Below, piece by piece: positions 25,532 to 38,609 of a DNA stretch of 64,000 nucleotides. Position 1 is the stretch's first letter, and each line of letters begins with the position of its first letter. The position numbers and the translations under genes were made by a program. The notes under the pieces are model-generated. The model was given only the letters and a program-made list of their open reading frames with translations, was not told where the DNA came from and did not search any database. The DNA is from Vitrella brassicaformis CCMP3155 (lineage: Eukaryota; Protista; Chromerida): positions 97,203 through 161,202 of the forward strand of contig CDMY01000224.1 of the NCBI GenBank assembly GCA_001179505.1, written 5' to 3'.

Positions 25532-28500
25532 ATGGAGATCTTGCCCGTCTTGCTGACGTCGCTGCTCATGTTGAGGCCAGGGGATAAGAAGTGGAGGCGC
25601 CTCAGTAGAGCCAGATCTCGGCAAATCGCTCATTGGCTTCGGCCTTCGACGAGAAGCCGCCCAGAAGCTGCAGAGCAACACCATCACAGAACTTGATGAA
25701 TCGACTCGGTAGACAAGGAGTATGGCACGTAATGCATCACGATGGCTTCTGATGTCCTGCTTTTGTCCGTTTCTTTGTTGTGCAGGAAAGATGTCATCTC
25801 GGCTGTTGTTAGGCCTCTCAGCAGCGACGTGCGTGCAGCGACGCTGGTGCTCGCACTGGACAAGCTGGTGCCGGTTACATTTCATCCCTCCTTCGATGAG
25901 CTGATTCGTGTCGGTGGTCTTCGCCCCATCGTTGCACTGCTCGGCCACACGGCCCCTCAGGTCGCCAAGGCGGCACTCAGTCCCCTCTTTCCATACACAG
26001 GTAGGCGGCCTCCCAGTCTTGCGCTGCGCGTCCACCATCGTTGTGTCGTGTGTGTGTGTGTGTGTGTGCGTGACAGTGTTGTTCGACTCAGCTCTCGTCC
26101 CAGAGGAGAAGCGGGCGGGCGTGATCAAGCAACTTGTCGACGAGGGGCAGCTCCTCCGCTCTCTCACAACGCTGCTGGCAACGATGCGCCAGAATGCCCC
26201 CGACGAGAACTGGCAGCGCGACGTGAAAGATGCCCTTCATGCCATCGGGGACTGTATCACAGGTGCGCGCCGAGCAACTACTGATTGCTTTTTCTGCATC
26301 GCCTTCTCTCATACCTTTCGCAGCGGGCGGCGCCATGGTCATTGAGAAGATCGTCGCTGCGAATTTGGTGCCTCAGCTGAGGGCTCTCGACAGGAGGATC
26401 GCACGGGACACAAGCATGGACAAACCGGCGGTCAACGAACTTCATGTCTTACTCGGGTGGACGTCCCGATCGTTGCTGGACACTCTGATTGACGGCGACA
26501 ACACCGTTGCCAACGCTACCCAGGTCGGCGAGGCGGCTTGCACAACCGGCCCCAGGACGCCGCAGACGACCTCGCGTCGTGTGTGTCCTTGCAGCTGTTG
26601 TACATGGTGGAGCAGGGCTGCATACAGAGCGTATATCGCGCGCTCGACGCCATGGATTCCTCATCTGTTGATTCTTCTTTGCTGACCTTCGCGAGGCTGC
26701 TGTACGTAGGCCGCAGACGACAGAAGAGTGGCATATTGCATGGTTTGTGTGGTGCAGGATGGTGGACGCGACGAGCAAGGTGGGCCAAGCCATCATACAG
26801 CGGATGAACAAGGTCGGTTCGAAGAATAGAGAAGCGCCGATGCACTAGAGCCACCGTGTGTGGGTGCATCGCAGGACGGGTTCGAAGTCGCCATCAGAAG
26901 AGTCGCTGACCAACGGTTACCAGACGAGGACATCCAGCAGCATGTACCCAGCAGCTCACGGCACATCCTACGGGACAACTCACTCAGTCACCTGCTTTCA
27001 TTTCCGTTCCAGGCCGACGTCGTCCTCGCTCTCAGGGAGCTGAGAGCCGACCCCACCCTGTCCGATACCCTTTCGGCCATGTCAGCCCACTTCACGAACT
27101 TAGTCGAGTGCCGTGGACAGCACGCTGACGCCGCGGGAGATGACCTGGCTGCTGTCAAGGAGATCCGCTCAAGCGTCAAGAACAACAAGGGCTGCGTCCA
27201 AGCTTGCCGAGCTGCGCGACGTGAAAGAACTCTTGCTTGACTTCAAGCGACCGGGCTTGCAGCTGGAGGCCACACGAGCACTGCTGGACGTGGCATATAC
27301 CGGCATTGATGGGGTGCGCGCACTCTTACGGTAAGGATCCGAACAGACAGATGAGTGGGTCGATGACGCACATCTGAGATGTCGTTCGTTCACAGGATAG
27401 ATGTGATACCCGGACTGGCCGCTTTCCTGAAGCGCACCATCGGCGCGTCGCGGGAGTTACAGGAGTCGCAAGTTGACGCCATCGTGCCTGCCCTCGAGAC
27501 GGTGCTGTTCATCTTCGACGTTACGGAGCATCACGATTGCTTCGATGAACTCCTGAGTCATGGCGTCGTGCCGCTGCTGGTGCAGGCGCTCAAATGCAGG
27601 GAGAGGGTCAGAGTGAAAGAGGCCACGAACGCCATGGGGGCGATAGCCAATATCCTAAGGAGCACCTCAGGTCAGCCGCAGAGCACAGGCACACAGGCAC
27701 AGCGCAACGCTCGTCCACGGACGGCGCATCGCATCCATCTGTCTCCTGGCAGCCAATGCGGATGATCTGCGGGAGGTGCAGCTGCAGCTGCAGCTGCGGG
27801 AGAGCGATTTCCTCACCGAATGCGAGAGGATCCTGTCGCTTCCGTTTACTCATGGTTGCGTGCTGTACCGTAACGCCTTGTCAGCTTTCCACGCCTTCCT
27901 CGTCTCTTTCAGCCGTGCTGGCCTGAGCGCTCGAGGTCAGACAGACAGAGGGACAAAGAGACAGACAGACAGACAAATAGACCGCCTGTGCTTACACCTA
28001 TATCTGTGGCCATGTGCTCAGAGCGTGATGAGTATATCCAGGAGATGTTTGATGCCGACGTTGTCCATCACATCATGCGCTTCGTCGATGTTCCTCCTGA
28101 TTACAGAGCTCATCCGTGTTACTTTGACGACGTTTACACCACCAAGATCTTTCTGGAAGTAGCAACCGAAGCGACTAGCAAACAGGTGCCACCAGTAGAC
28201 AGAGCTGAGAGATGGCCCATGGATGGATGTATGTCGCGTGTGTGTCATATATGCAGCTCTCCATCTTTGTAGGTCACGGTGTTCTCCCGCTCATGTGTCG
28301 CAGCTTGAGCTCGGCCTCAGTTTCCATCCTTGGCTACACTTTCGAAACGCTCTTTCGGTCGGCGACAAATACTCGGATCAAGCAGCTTGTGGGAGAGGTT
28401 AGGGAGAGCCAGTCTTGGATACGCGACCACTGGCTACGGTGCTCATTCATCGATGGGCATATTTCAGGAGGGCTGCGTGGGAGAGATGGTGAAGTACGCA

Positions 28501-31500
28501 CTTGGTAACGACTCTGCTATCAGTGAAATGGTGCGAATTCACGCGCGGACGGCACACACAAATGCGCATTCATTCATGTGTATCGATCTTGTGTTGGTGT
28601 GGTGTGGTGTATCCAGTACGCATCACTGCTGAGCACCATGTCCATCGATCGGGCCACGTGGCACCTCTACCTGCAAACCAACAGGTGGGCGGTCACCCAG
28701 AAGCACGTGTGTCCTGCACTGTGTGGATGCTCGCATCAATCCAGCAGCTCTGAGAACCGGACTGCCGAGCAGACTTCGTCGTCCGACATGGGTTCGTGCA
28801 ACTTGACCGCGCCCTCGCTATCCACCGTACGTTGAAATGAAATAGACCCGTCATGACTGGCTCCCATTCATCCCCTCTCTGTCGTGTCTTTGATTGACGT
28901 GTGCATGCAGGCCGAGGACAGCAGCGGCACCGATGCATGGGCAAGAATGAGATCGTCAGTATTCCACAAGAGCGGCTCCATTCGCTTTCCCAACGCCGCC
29001 GGATGGGAGGCAGTGACTTCACTGACTTTCACTGACTTTGTGGAGGAGAGCATGGACGCGACGCCGTCGGCGACACAGTCTGAACTGCCGCCAGAGCCGG
29101 CCCCGACAGTGAGGCAGGAACTGGATGCATGGAGGACTCACTCACAGGTATTGTGGATGGATGGAGGGATGCACACGGGGGGATGGCGCTGATCATTTTA
29201 CATTTTTCAGGGATTCTTTCTCGCCTTGGTGTGCGTCGTGGTCGTGCTATTGATCCTCTACAAGACCGGCCCTCCTGCCCTGAGATTCTTCCAGTCGTGG
29301 CGCGCTGACGCAAAGGCAATGCGGCTGCGAGCAATGGAGGAAGAAGCGCGGCGGAACGAAGAGGAGCTCGTCGCTGAGGAGGCAGCCGAGCGGGCAAGGA
29401 CCCCCACTGCCGGCAGCAAGCAGCGTCAGAGATCTGAAAGGCGTCCCACCACCCCTTCCCATCAAACAGCTCAAGCATCACCCAATGCTTCAGAATCGGC
29501 CGTCGCTGCCGCCATGCCGACCGAAGGCAACGACAGAGACGATCAAGGCGACCACGCAGAGGCCAGGGGCATGGCGGATGAGACGAGGCTTGATGAGGAG
29601 GCGACACATGAGGCGCTCGCCACTGCACGATTGGTGTCGCAAGGTCGCAAGAAGAAGGGCAAGAAGAAGGCATCGGCGAAGGCCGAGCCGTCGGCCTCAT
29701 CGGCATCCCGGCAGGAGGCGGTCTCTGCGTCGTCAAGCTCTGCGTCACCGGCCTGCCCACTTGATGATAGTACTTCTGGTGGGCCTGACGGCAGTGGGGG
29801 TGATGCTCACGTACGCAAGGAGGGAGCGACGTTCACCGACGATATCAGTGCTGGCAAACATGTCAGCCGCGACATCACCAGGACCACATCTCTATCCGCC
29901 ACGTCACTATCTGCTTCGTCTGCTAGCGACACGCCCTGTCCACCTGAGCCCGCGGACCCCTCACACGAAGATCAACATGACAAGAAGGATGCAGCAGAGG
30001 AGGAGCCGCTTGCCCCACTGCGTCTGGTGCAGGAGCATGCGCCCACTCCCCGGCCACAGCCCCCTGCCGCTCGCCCTGCGTCTCCGACACTCCGTCCCTC
30101 CCAGCCGCCCCCAGCGTCTATGCCATCTCTCCCTCCTCCCCCTCTCCCTTCATCCAAGCCATCACCCTCACGCCATCACAAAGACGAAGCCCCCAAGGAG
30201 AGCGGGCCCACCACCACCACCACCTTCAAGGCGCCGCAGGCACAGACAAGGCGACGGCACCCGGGGGCCTGTCTACCCTTCTCTCAGCCCACCAATGCCA
30301 TCACCCCGTCCACCCCCGTCCCACCACAGCGGCCAATCGCCCAAGCAGCAGCCAGTGGTGCAGCATTCGGTACGCATGATTCCAGTTGGGTCGAGATGGA
30401 AGCTGCGTGGACAGAGTGGGAGAGGGGGCCATCGGGGGGACGGCAGGGGGGTGGTGGCGAGGACATAGGCGCTGTGACTAGGAGGGCTGCCGAGGAGCAG
30501 GCTGCCAAGGTGGTCGCACAGCTGCAGAGCGATGTGAGGGACGCCATAGCGAACAAACAACGGTGAGAGCAAGAAAGGAGGGCACACGGACCTTCATCGT
30601 GTCGACGCGTGTATGTCATGTGTGCAGTCTCGAGTCGCAGAACGCTGCCCTGTTGCAGCATTGCTGTAGTCTGTAGGAGCGAACCAAGCAGCTGAGCGAG
30701 GCCATCGACACACTGAAGAGCAGCGTGCCCCCCGAGTACGTTATCAGCACAGACAGACGGGAGAATGAAGCCGTTAGTCATTCTGTGTGCGTGTCCTGTT
30801 GTCGGTCAGGTTGACTCGTGACGCCTTATTTGCGTCGAAGACATCGGCTGAGGTGCGTGCCTTTGAGACACGCATCAGGGAGGAGGACCAGCGGCTCGAC
30901 ACGCTGTATGATATGGCCATGGGGGCCAAGGCACTACCACGAGGGCAGCCCCGCCCCCTCTCTGACAACTCCCTCCTCAACCAAGACGCCACTGCATTCT
31001 CCTTGACACAGCCTCCTGCTGCTGCTGCTGGGTGAGGGGAAATGGAGGCAGAATGGGCAGTCGTCGTGTGCATGTTGTCCTGCCCTGTGTGTGTCCGGCA
31101 GGTCGTCGTCCGATCGCTCGCAGGAGGCGCTGCCGTCAACAGAGACGGAGCTGCGCCAGATGCACTACAAACTGAATATCGCCATACGAGAGTGAGTGAG
31201 CCAACTCAGCTATGCTGATCTGGCCAGCATGACGCAGCACTTCATTGGTGCCTGTATATGCTGGATGTGATGTGCAGGTTGGAGGAGGCCATCACGACGG
31301 TGACCGTGGAATGTAGGTCGCTTCAGACGGTGCTACAATCTCTTCAGCGCGAGTACGCTGTCATGCGAAACCAAGTCACCACTGGGTGGGTGACCGACAG
31401 TCACATTCACGCATCCATACGATGCACAAACACGTCTTGCCGGTTGTTGTCAGGTTGACAGTGGATCGTCTGCATTCCCTAAAGACGGCTGCCGCCATCG

Positions 31501-32035
31501 AGGCCTTCAAGCAGGACATCAAGCACGCACGAGAGGCGCTCCGTGATCTCTCCCGCGAAGTCGGCAAACGGGAGGCGCTGCTCGAGGGGGACGAGAAGGA
31601 TACGCATTCCCAGCCACAACAGCACCAGCACCTGGTCCAGCAACAGCAGCAGCAGCAGCCATCGGCCAATGACAATGGTGATGCAGCCGTCGAGAGGGGG
31701 AGTTGTGTGGCGTGCCGTGACGACAAAAAGCCGCCCGTGATCACATTCGTACGGCATAATCACACACGCACGCAGTCCTGCATCGTACAGATATGTGTCT
31801 TCTGTCTGCGTGTTGAATGCAGTTTCCGTGCAAGCAGACGTGTCTGTGTGAGGAGTGTTGGCAGGAGTGGCGCGACAGACATGAGAGGGCCAAGGCGGAT
31901 AAGGAGCGGCTGGAGGCGGCGGGCAGGCCGGTGCCTGAGGAGGTGCGTCGGTATGCGGTGCTTCGGTGCCCCGCCTGTGGCATGGATGCCGTCCATGCCG
32001 ACTCGCTGAGTGATGTCAGAGTTACCACAGACTAA
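25532..32035 (+). pseudogene. ARM/importin-alpha-like repeats, transmembrane helix, low-complexity/coiled-coil region and C-terminal RING; carries reading-frame lesions
   Basis: ARM-like exons: LIRVGGLRPIVALL, LLSHGVVPLLVQAL..NAMGAIANIL, VGHGVLPLMCRSL. An in-phase splice SLST|AEDSS links the two halves. TM: FFLALVCVVVVLLILY. RING: CVACRDDKKPPVIT|FPCKQTCLCEECW..CPAC. Lesions: in-frame TAG at 30674-30676, frameshift near 27195-27203, and no in-frame ATG for the first spliced exon. Confidence 0.55.
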
Positions 32036-32477
32036 TGCGGGACAGGAAGGGTTAAAGGATGAGTAGATGCACGGATCGGTGCATGTAGTGAGCATTTCTT
32101 AGTCGAATGATGATGATTAGTATGCCAATTCGGTCGCCTGCCGGTTTCTGGGCATGTGTCCATGTGTACATATGGGTGTGTGTCCTGCGGGTTTATTGCG
32201 CGTGTCGTGTGATCATCAAGACGTACGTATCCCATAGTTGAATCCAATACGCTGTACATGGCTGGGTCAACAACGTCCACACCGAAAGCACCTTCCACAC
32301 GTACGGAAAGTTATCCTACAACCTTCACAACACCTGACCAGACATCATGTAGTGCCGTCTCCTTGCACGAATGATCACACCATGTGGCCAACTGAATCAC
32401 TTTACGTGGTCCTGGCGAATCCAATACTCGAAATATAAAATGTAGACACCGATGGATACGCACCATACATCCGCAGC

Positions 32478-35400
32478 TTAGTCGTCGACGCCCCTCCGGG
32501 CCGCCCGTGTATTGCGCTTGGCCTCGACCTGCATCTGCCGGAACGTGTCTGAGAGCCGCAGGTGGCCTATGGTGTTCCGGTTGGTGCAGTAGCGAGCGGC
32601 GTTGCGGAGGCGGCGCTCGACACGGCTGTCCTCGCCTTCGTTGGCGCGGCGCGGGCACGGGCGCTTCTCCTCGAACCTGAGCAGGACCCAACAACACACA
32701 CACATGCAGGTCATCCATCGGTTCAAGTCACCCGTGTCTTCTATAATTCGCTCACTTCTCGAGGACGCGGTCGAGCTGGGCGTTTGTGAAGTCCCAGCCA
32801 CTCCGAAGAGTGTCGGCAGCAGGCTGACGCCGCGGGTGGGGTCGGACACCAAATACGCCACGCTCAACACATGCTCACTCCCCTGGCCCCTGAACACACA
32901 TCCACACGTAAAAAAACATAGAGACATGCATGGATGTTTTTTCTCTGTGCCTCCCATACACTTACGGCAGCAGGGGGCCGTTGTGGAGGATGCCGTCGAT
33001 GAACGGCTTGTACTTGTCCCTATCCATGTGGCTGTTGGCCACCTTGGCCTTGGCTTTGTCCACCCTCTCCTGCTCCCCATCCTCCTCCTGCTGGCGCATC
33101 GTCTCGTTGTCGTCCTCTCGGGACGGACGGTCGTCCCCCCGCAGCGCCGCCCTTTGTTGATTGTTGAGCCCGTACAGCTCTTCTGCTGTGCCGTATCGGC
33201 CGGGTATGCGGATGTCGGGCTGGCCGTCGACCGTCTGTATCCACCAGTGCCCATCTGTACCCTTGTAGATGACGACGCAGCCGTCAACGATGAGGGGCTC
33301 CAGACCCGACTCCTGGATGAGGATGCAGATGGGCACCACGACGCACCATCACCAGATAATTATACACCACTCCCACCTGAACCAAACACATCTTGCACTG
33401 GATCCATGCATCTGTGCGTCCACCCATTGACGTATGCGGCCAGGTCTTAGTTGGGGCAGCAGCGCCAGATGATGATGAGAAGCTGCCAAGAGGTACGTAG
33501 CTCCGCCCGTCACCTCGAAATACTCCAGCACCCGAGGAATGACGCTCTCCAGGCGCAGAGTGATGTGTTCGTTGGTCTGGTGGTTGCGGGCAGAAAAGTC
33601 TAGCATGTAGCCGAATATCTCAGTGAACCACAGGAATCCACAAAGCCATGGGGTGCATCGTCGCTGCGAGTCGGCCGCTCCTCTGGCTTCTCCTCATGGT
33701 CGTCTCGGACTTTTGTATCAGCTTCTTGACGCCCTTGAGGGGCATGGTGGGATGGGTGGAATGGAGAGAGTCTCAGCCGCCCTTGGCCGCTCCTTGATGG
33801 CGTTGTGTACACATCCGCCTGCTCTTCCTCCAAACTGTCGAGAGACAGAGCATAGAGAAAGAGATGTGCTGTGTCGTAGGCTGATCGAGCAAATACACTC
33901 ACTGGGGAAGTATCCCAAGGACGAGGGCGCGTTTTCCTGCGTTTTCCTGCGTCAGTGACGTCGCGAATCTTCTCGGACAGCTCGGCCCCAGAAGCTCTCC
34001 TCACAGATGGCGTCCGACCAGCTGTGCAGCGCTGATTTCACATCACACGGACACACACATGTGGATGCATCGAACATGCCGGGAGCTGCACGACGGACCG
34101 ATAAAGTCGGAATCTTCGTATTTGATGGCCCACGTTGCAGACCCAATCGAAGAGACACATTGCTCGTGCCGCATCGGTGTGAGCTGATCACGTTCACTCA
34201 CCCCGGCACACTCGTCTGATGCTGTCGATAATGCTGCGCGCCTTTAATCCGCAGTCCTCTTGATAGATCACTATCAAGCCGTCAAGGTCCGCCTGCATGA
34301 CCGAATCGACGTACACATGCACGTGCGTCAATCCTCCCTCCCTCGCCCACCTCTGTCCTCTGCTGTGCTGAACCGATGTTGTCGACTTGGCCATTGATGT
34401 TGTCGATCAGATGACGGGTGTCGGCCTTCTCCTGACGAACTTCCTGCACACGCATATAAACACATAAACATCCGCGTGTCTGCGAGTGAATGGGTTCTCG
34501 TGCAGGTCGAAGTTGGGGCAGACGGCGGCCCTTCAACGTCAGCGGCTTCCTGACCACCTTTCCCACGTTAAGCGCATTCGCCTTGCTCCTTTCGTCACTT
34601 CCCTGTGTGCCAGTGTGTGGTTTTTTGTGTCGCCCTTGGGGATGGCCCACTTGATCTGCAACCATCGCGCGCAAACACAAAGTGGAAGGGTATACATACA
34701 TTCGTGTGCTCACCTCTTCCTTGCTGTCTCGGTCACGGAGAAGCGGTGCATGTGCCTCAAGCTGGGATGAGAGACACACATGCAGAGCAATCGCCGCCAG
34801 CTCCCCTACCGTGTGTATCCCTCCCTACGAATCGTATCCCCTACCATTATGGAGGCCAGTAATGAACGAAGACGGGGCGTGTCTCTTGGTTTCCACAGAC
34901 GTCGGAATATAAAATGTAGCCAGCGATATGACACTTGTGATGTCCGCCTCAACATTGATGACCTGAGCAAGATGAAACAGGAGACGCGTAGCAAAAGGTC
35001 ACATCAGTGTCCGTTCTTTCGTGACACCCTCCATGTCACATTTGTCGTACTAACATCTGAATGAATGCAATGCAACACACAACACATGCGCACACCTGGT
35101 GTGCGTGGCTACCCTCCCCACGCGGCCCCTCCAGAGGACGCAACGCATTTGGTGACGTGAGATACCTGAATTTCGTGGTTCCATCACCCGCAATCAGCTG
35201 CTGCCCTGCACACACACATGCAGACATACATACATACATTTGTATGAACTGCCATCATCCGTACTTCAATTCATGAATGTATGAGGTGGCGGTGGCGGTA
35301 GGGGTTGACAGACCGTCTCATCCGCGCCGCCGCTGCCCTTCCGCCATTGAGCTTTTCGATGGTCTGAGAGGTGTACAAAGTGAATGAACGAGGGCGAGAT

Positions 35401-37115
35401 GCATACCTCTGATAGCCGTATCACCCCCGCCTTCAAGTCGTCCTGCAAAGGACAACCAACACGAGGGAGAGGAACATTAGCAAATCGACCACCCAACACA
35501 CACAAAAATAACAGAGAGTCGGTCCCGTACCCGTTGTTGCTCCAGGTTGGAAGACCGCTTCCTGACCATCCGCTCCCGCCAGACACGCAACTCTATGTCC
35601 TCTGTATTTTCACACATACACACACGGGGCCGGTCATACACACAGGCAGGGAAGCCAGTGTCTGGACTGAGTGCACGTGTTAATGCTGTGTATCCTTTAC
35701 TTACCGTGGTAGAATGTGAGCTCGTCCATTAGGTCCCTGACCTCCTCATATAAGGTCTTGGCGTTGTACTTGGCGAGGCCTGACAGACAGAGCATGGGCT
35801 CTCCATCATGGCAGCGCTGATGGATGTGCCTTTGTCAGCCGCCTTACGGTCAACGTAGAGGGCTTGGAGAGTCGCGTGGTCGCCCTGGTCCCGGATGGCC
35901 TTCAACGGCATCCCCACCAGGGGGGGCGCCTCCTTGGCGGACTGCCATGGGGGAGGCGGCGGAGGTAGCGGGGCTCCGGTCTTGAAAGGCATGCCGGTGT
36001 GGCCGAATTCACGAAGGGCTTCCTGCTGCAGAAACAAACGCTGACGAACACGCTACACGAGTGCCAGCCAAGCCTCCTTGCCCGGCTCCCACCTCAACCC
36101 AGATACAACACACTGAAGAGGCATGACACAGCTGAGGTGTTTTACCATCGTGTATTGCGCCTGGCCCCTTACAGCTGCACTTACCGGAGAAATCTGGGAG
36201 GCGGTGGAAGTGGAAGTGGAGGCGGGGGTGGCGGTGGCGGTGGACATACCGCTTCGTCGTTCAGCTCCTCGGCCGCTGGCTGCGAGGCCGCCGCCGCTGA
36301 CGTGTTGCCGTTGAGGTTCCGGATGACCTGAAGAGGACAGAAGGGCACAGGGCAGAGTGAATGAGTGAGTGAGTAAACAAAATAGTTTCGTTCGAGTGAG
36401 TGAACGGGCGAGATGCCTACCTCTTTCAGCCGTATGACTTCCACCTTCAACTCGTCGTGCAAAGGACAACCAACACGAGGGAGCGAAACGTTAGTTAACA
36501 AATCGACCACCCGACAGACACACAATGAGAACAAGTCAATAGTCGGTCAGACCGTACGTCCCTCTGCTGCTCCAGCCTGAACGCCCGCTTCCTGTCCAGG
36601 CGCTCTCGGCAGGCACGGGTCTTGATGTCGTCTGTATGTCCACACATACACACACGGGGCCGGACAGACAGGCAGACAGGTATGTTTGTAGGCAAGCCAA
36701 TGTGTGGACTGAGTGGGGGGGACAACGTTAACTCAAAGCGCAACGGCAGGCAATGTGTGGACTGAGTGCACGTGTTGTGTTGCTGCTGTGCATCATATCG
36801 TTCACTTACATACCTTGGTAGAATGTCAGCATGTTCATGACGCCCTTGACCTCCTCGTACAGCGTCTGGACGTTGTACCTTGACAAACCTGACAGCCGAC
36901 GGACAGACAGAGCATGGACGTGCTTGTCTTTCTTAGGGCTTGCTTACGGTCGTGGTAGAGCGCCTGAAGGATGGCTTTGTCGCCCTGCTCCGAATTGCCG
37001 TCCAGGGCATCCCCACCAAGGCGGGCGCCTTCTTCCCAGACTGCCAGGGGAAAGACGTCGGAGGCCGTGGGGCTCCTGTGATGATGGGCATGCCGGCGTG
37101 GTCAAATTCTCACGA
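32478..37115 (-). CDS. Orphan multi-exon gene or genes of unknown function with an internal tandem duplication; partly decayed
   Basis: Exon-like ORFs flanked by GT/AG, e.g. PICILIQESGLEPLIVDGCVVIYKGTDGHWWIQT, MLDFSARNHQTNEHITLRLESVIPRVLEYFEV, LAKYNAKTLYEEVRDLMDELTFYH. No family recognised. Confidence 0.4.
35280..37115 (-). repeat. Diverged tandem segmental duplication, two copies offset by ~1.0-1.1 kb (~35280-36030 and ~36200-37115), including introns
   Basis: Matching intron blocks such as gcaaaggacaaccaacacgagggag at ~35445 and ~36459, and tggactgagtgcacgtgtt at ~35663 and ~36758. Paralogous exons: LAKYNAKTLYEEV / LSRYNVQTLYEEV and DDLKAGVIRLSE / DELKVEVIRLKE. Confidence 0.85.
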
Positions 37116-37326
37116 AAAACGTTCAGCAAAAAGAATCCGCTGACTGACAGTGTCGAACAGGATACACGAGGTACCCCTAACACGAGGCCAGCCGAGCTCT
37201 TCCTCCCAACTGAATCTCAATCCAGAATATAATATTCGCGCGCGCGGCCGAGACAAAACCTGGCCGTCTCGGCGAGAATTCGCGAGATAAGCGCGCATTT
37301 TGCTGTGGACGCAGTGAGATCACGGA

Positions 37327-38040
37327 ATGAGCGATGAGGATGACGTCACCATTGAGAGCATCGAGATCAGCCCAAACGAGTGCCCACTCGAGAGCCCTCT
37401 GCATCTTTCCATTGCCTTCCGCAGTAAGAGGGCCTTCACTGCCGCCAGATGGAAGATCACCTACACTGTGGACACCGTCCACACACGCAAAGTCATATGT
37501 GAGCAAATGAGAAGGGAAAGGGATCTTAGGATTCATTGCGCTTGCGTGTGTGTGTGCAGACCTTGGAGAGACCGATGCGGCCGACTACAGTGTCGGCAGC
37601 AACGTAATGACCTTCTCGGTAGGCCGATATCGATTTAAGAAACCCACACGAGCCAGCTGGCACGTCATTGGTTGGTCTGCTGCATTCATTCTGGTGTTTG
37701 TTCAGGTAGATCAGATATCGACAGAGGGCATCCCGAAAGACGTCCTGGCAAACATCGGGTGGGCCCACCTTGGACACCACAAAACATACAGGATCCATGC
37801 AACACGCCATAGCCTGGTTGTTTGGCGTTCGTCAGATTGTTGGCGGCCACTTTGATGGAGGGCGACAAAGAGGTCCTCGCCGTCAACATGGTAAGCTATC
37901 TGCCCACAGTGTGTGTCTGTCGACTGAGTGCACTGCCCCGTGTGTGTGTTGTGTGTGTGTGTGTGTGTGTGCAGGTGACCCAGGTGCGTGCAGAGGCGAA
38001 TGGGTCGCTATCGCGGGTCATTTTCAGCCCACTGGAGTGA
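37327..38040 (+). CDS. Small ASF1-fold (histone-chaperone-like) protein, 5 exons, roughly 135 aa
   Basis: Spliced product MSDEDDVTIESIEISPNECPLESPLHLSIAF..WKITY..YSVGSNVMTFSVDQISTEGIPKDVLANIGLLAATLMEGDKEVLAVNMVTQV..SRVIFSPLE follows the ASF1 strand pattern (V.V..V.V..NP..F..PF.F.I.F..W..Y..G...F...P..IP) but is divergent. Confidence 0.6.
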
Positions 38041-38609
38041 GTCAAAGGACTGACGGTCGTGTACAGAGGGCAGGCTAGTGGGGCGGCCTTTGTGCAGTGT
38101 CGATAGACTGACCATTTGACCACCACTCATGGCCACCATGATGGAATCTTCGCTCATCCGTCCATTCATCCATCCATCCATCCATCCGTCCATGCTGCAC
38201 AGACACACTATGGCTGCACAACACACACGAGGGTCTTGTCTTCTTTGTCTACCGACACGATACCCATGCACGCATGTCAAAACCTATGTATCCACCGCCG
38301 ACAAACGTGAACACAACTAGACAGGGAAGAGGGATGCTCGCATGCAACATAATGCATTCCATTCGCCAAATACTTGTCTGCGTGCCGCAGCTGTGTGGTC
38401 GACTAAGACTGTGGAAAAGTGGGGCTGACATCGTTGTCTTCGGACCATCCATGCAAAAATGTCAGACCGTCACGCAGCCACACAGCCAGGCAATTGAAAA
38501 AGCAAGTGGCTACATCACTTTACGAGTAGATGGCCAGTCGGCCAGACAGCCACTCCATGCAATCACCAGGCCCCACCATGCCCCCTCCCCCCCCCCATGC
38601 ACCGAACCC

